Shown here piece by piece: positions 63,750 through 64,000 of a DNA stretch of 64,000 bases (within the stretch, counting starts at the first letter, position 1; each line of letters opens with the position of its first letter). The position numbers and the translations under genes are program-made. The DNA comes from Lama guanicoe. Its lineage: Eukaryota. Where the stretch lies: positions 552,504-616,503 of the forward strand of contig MU056050.1 in assembly GCA_013239625.1 (NCBI GenBank), written 5' to 3'. The notes under the pieces are model-generated. The model ran no database searches, was not told the DNA's origin, and saw only the letters and a list, made by a program, of their open reading frames with translations.

Positions 63750-64000
63750 AATAGTGCACAAATACTTGGACATGAATGTTCACAGCAGCACTATGCACAA
63801 GAACCAGAAAGTGGAAACAACACAAATGTCCACCAACAGAGGACCTGGTAAAGAAATCGCAGTAGATACTTACAATTAAAATATTATTCAGCCATGAAAA
63901 TGAAGTACTGATACGTGCTACAATGTGGATGAGCCTTGAAAACATTATGCTAAGTGAAAGAAGCCAGACACAAAAGTTCACACACTGTATGATTTCATTT
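63750..64000 (+). mobile_element. Old L1 (L1MB-type) ORF2 end/3' UTR, runs off the window
   Basis: aatgttcacagcagcactatgcacaagaaccagaaagtggaaacaacacaaatgtcc...gatgagccttgaaaacattatgctaagtgaaagaagccagacacaaaa. Confidence 0.92.

Noticed and set aside
1..64000. CRISPR arrays, rRNA genes, operons or prokaryotic systems
   Set aside because: Sequence is clearly mammalian; no regularly spaced repeat-spacer array or gene-dense region seen

Overview
Mammalian genomic DNA, almost certainly camelid (camel, alpaca or vicuna), judged by three tRNA-Ala-derived vic-1-type SINEs and short artiodactyl-type L1 3' ends. The window is repeat-rich and non-coding in character: many L1 fragments of different ages, ancient L2 and MIR elements, MaLR/ERVL/ERV1 solo LTRs and hAT MITEs (MER5A, MER5A1, MER96B). 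I recognise no host protein-coding gene. The only recognisable proteins in the ORF track are broken L1 ORF pieces. Most long L1s, the ERV1 LTR and all three young SINEs lie on the minus strand, which suggests (inference only) the intron of a large plus-strand gene. The best observations are a 3'-truncated, tailless U4 snRNA retrocopy nested in an old L1, a cluster of three L1 insertions in one MIR (one apparently joined at a homologous position), several repeat-free motif-dense blocks that look like enhancers, a small CpG-retaining element, and a few plus-strand exon candidates. I found no convincing evidence of a new biological system. Repeat family names and boundaries come from by-eye recall of consensus sequences and are approximate.
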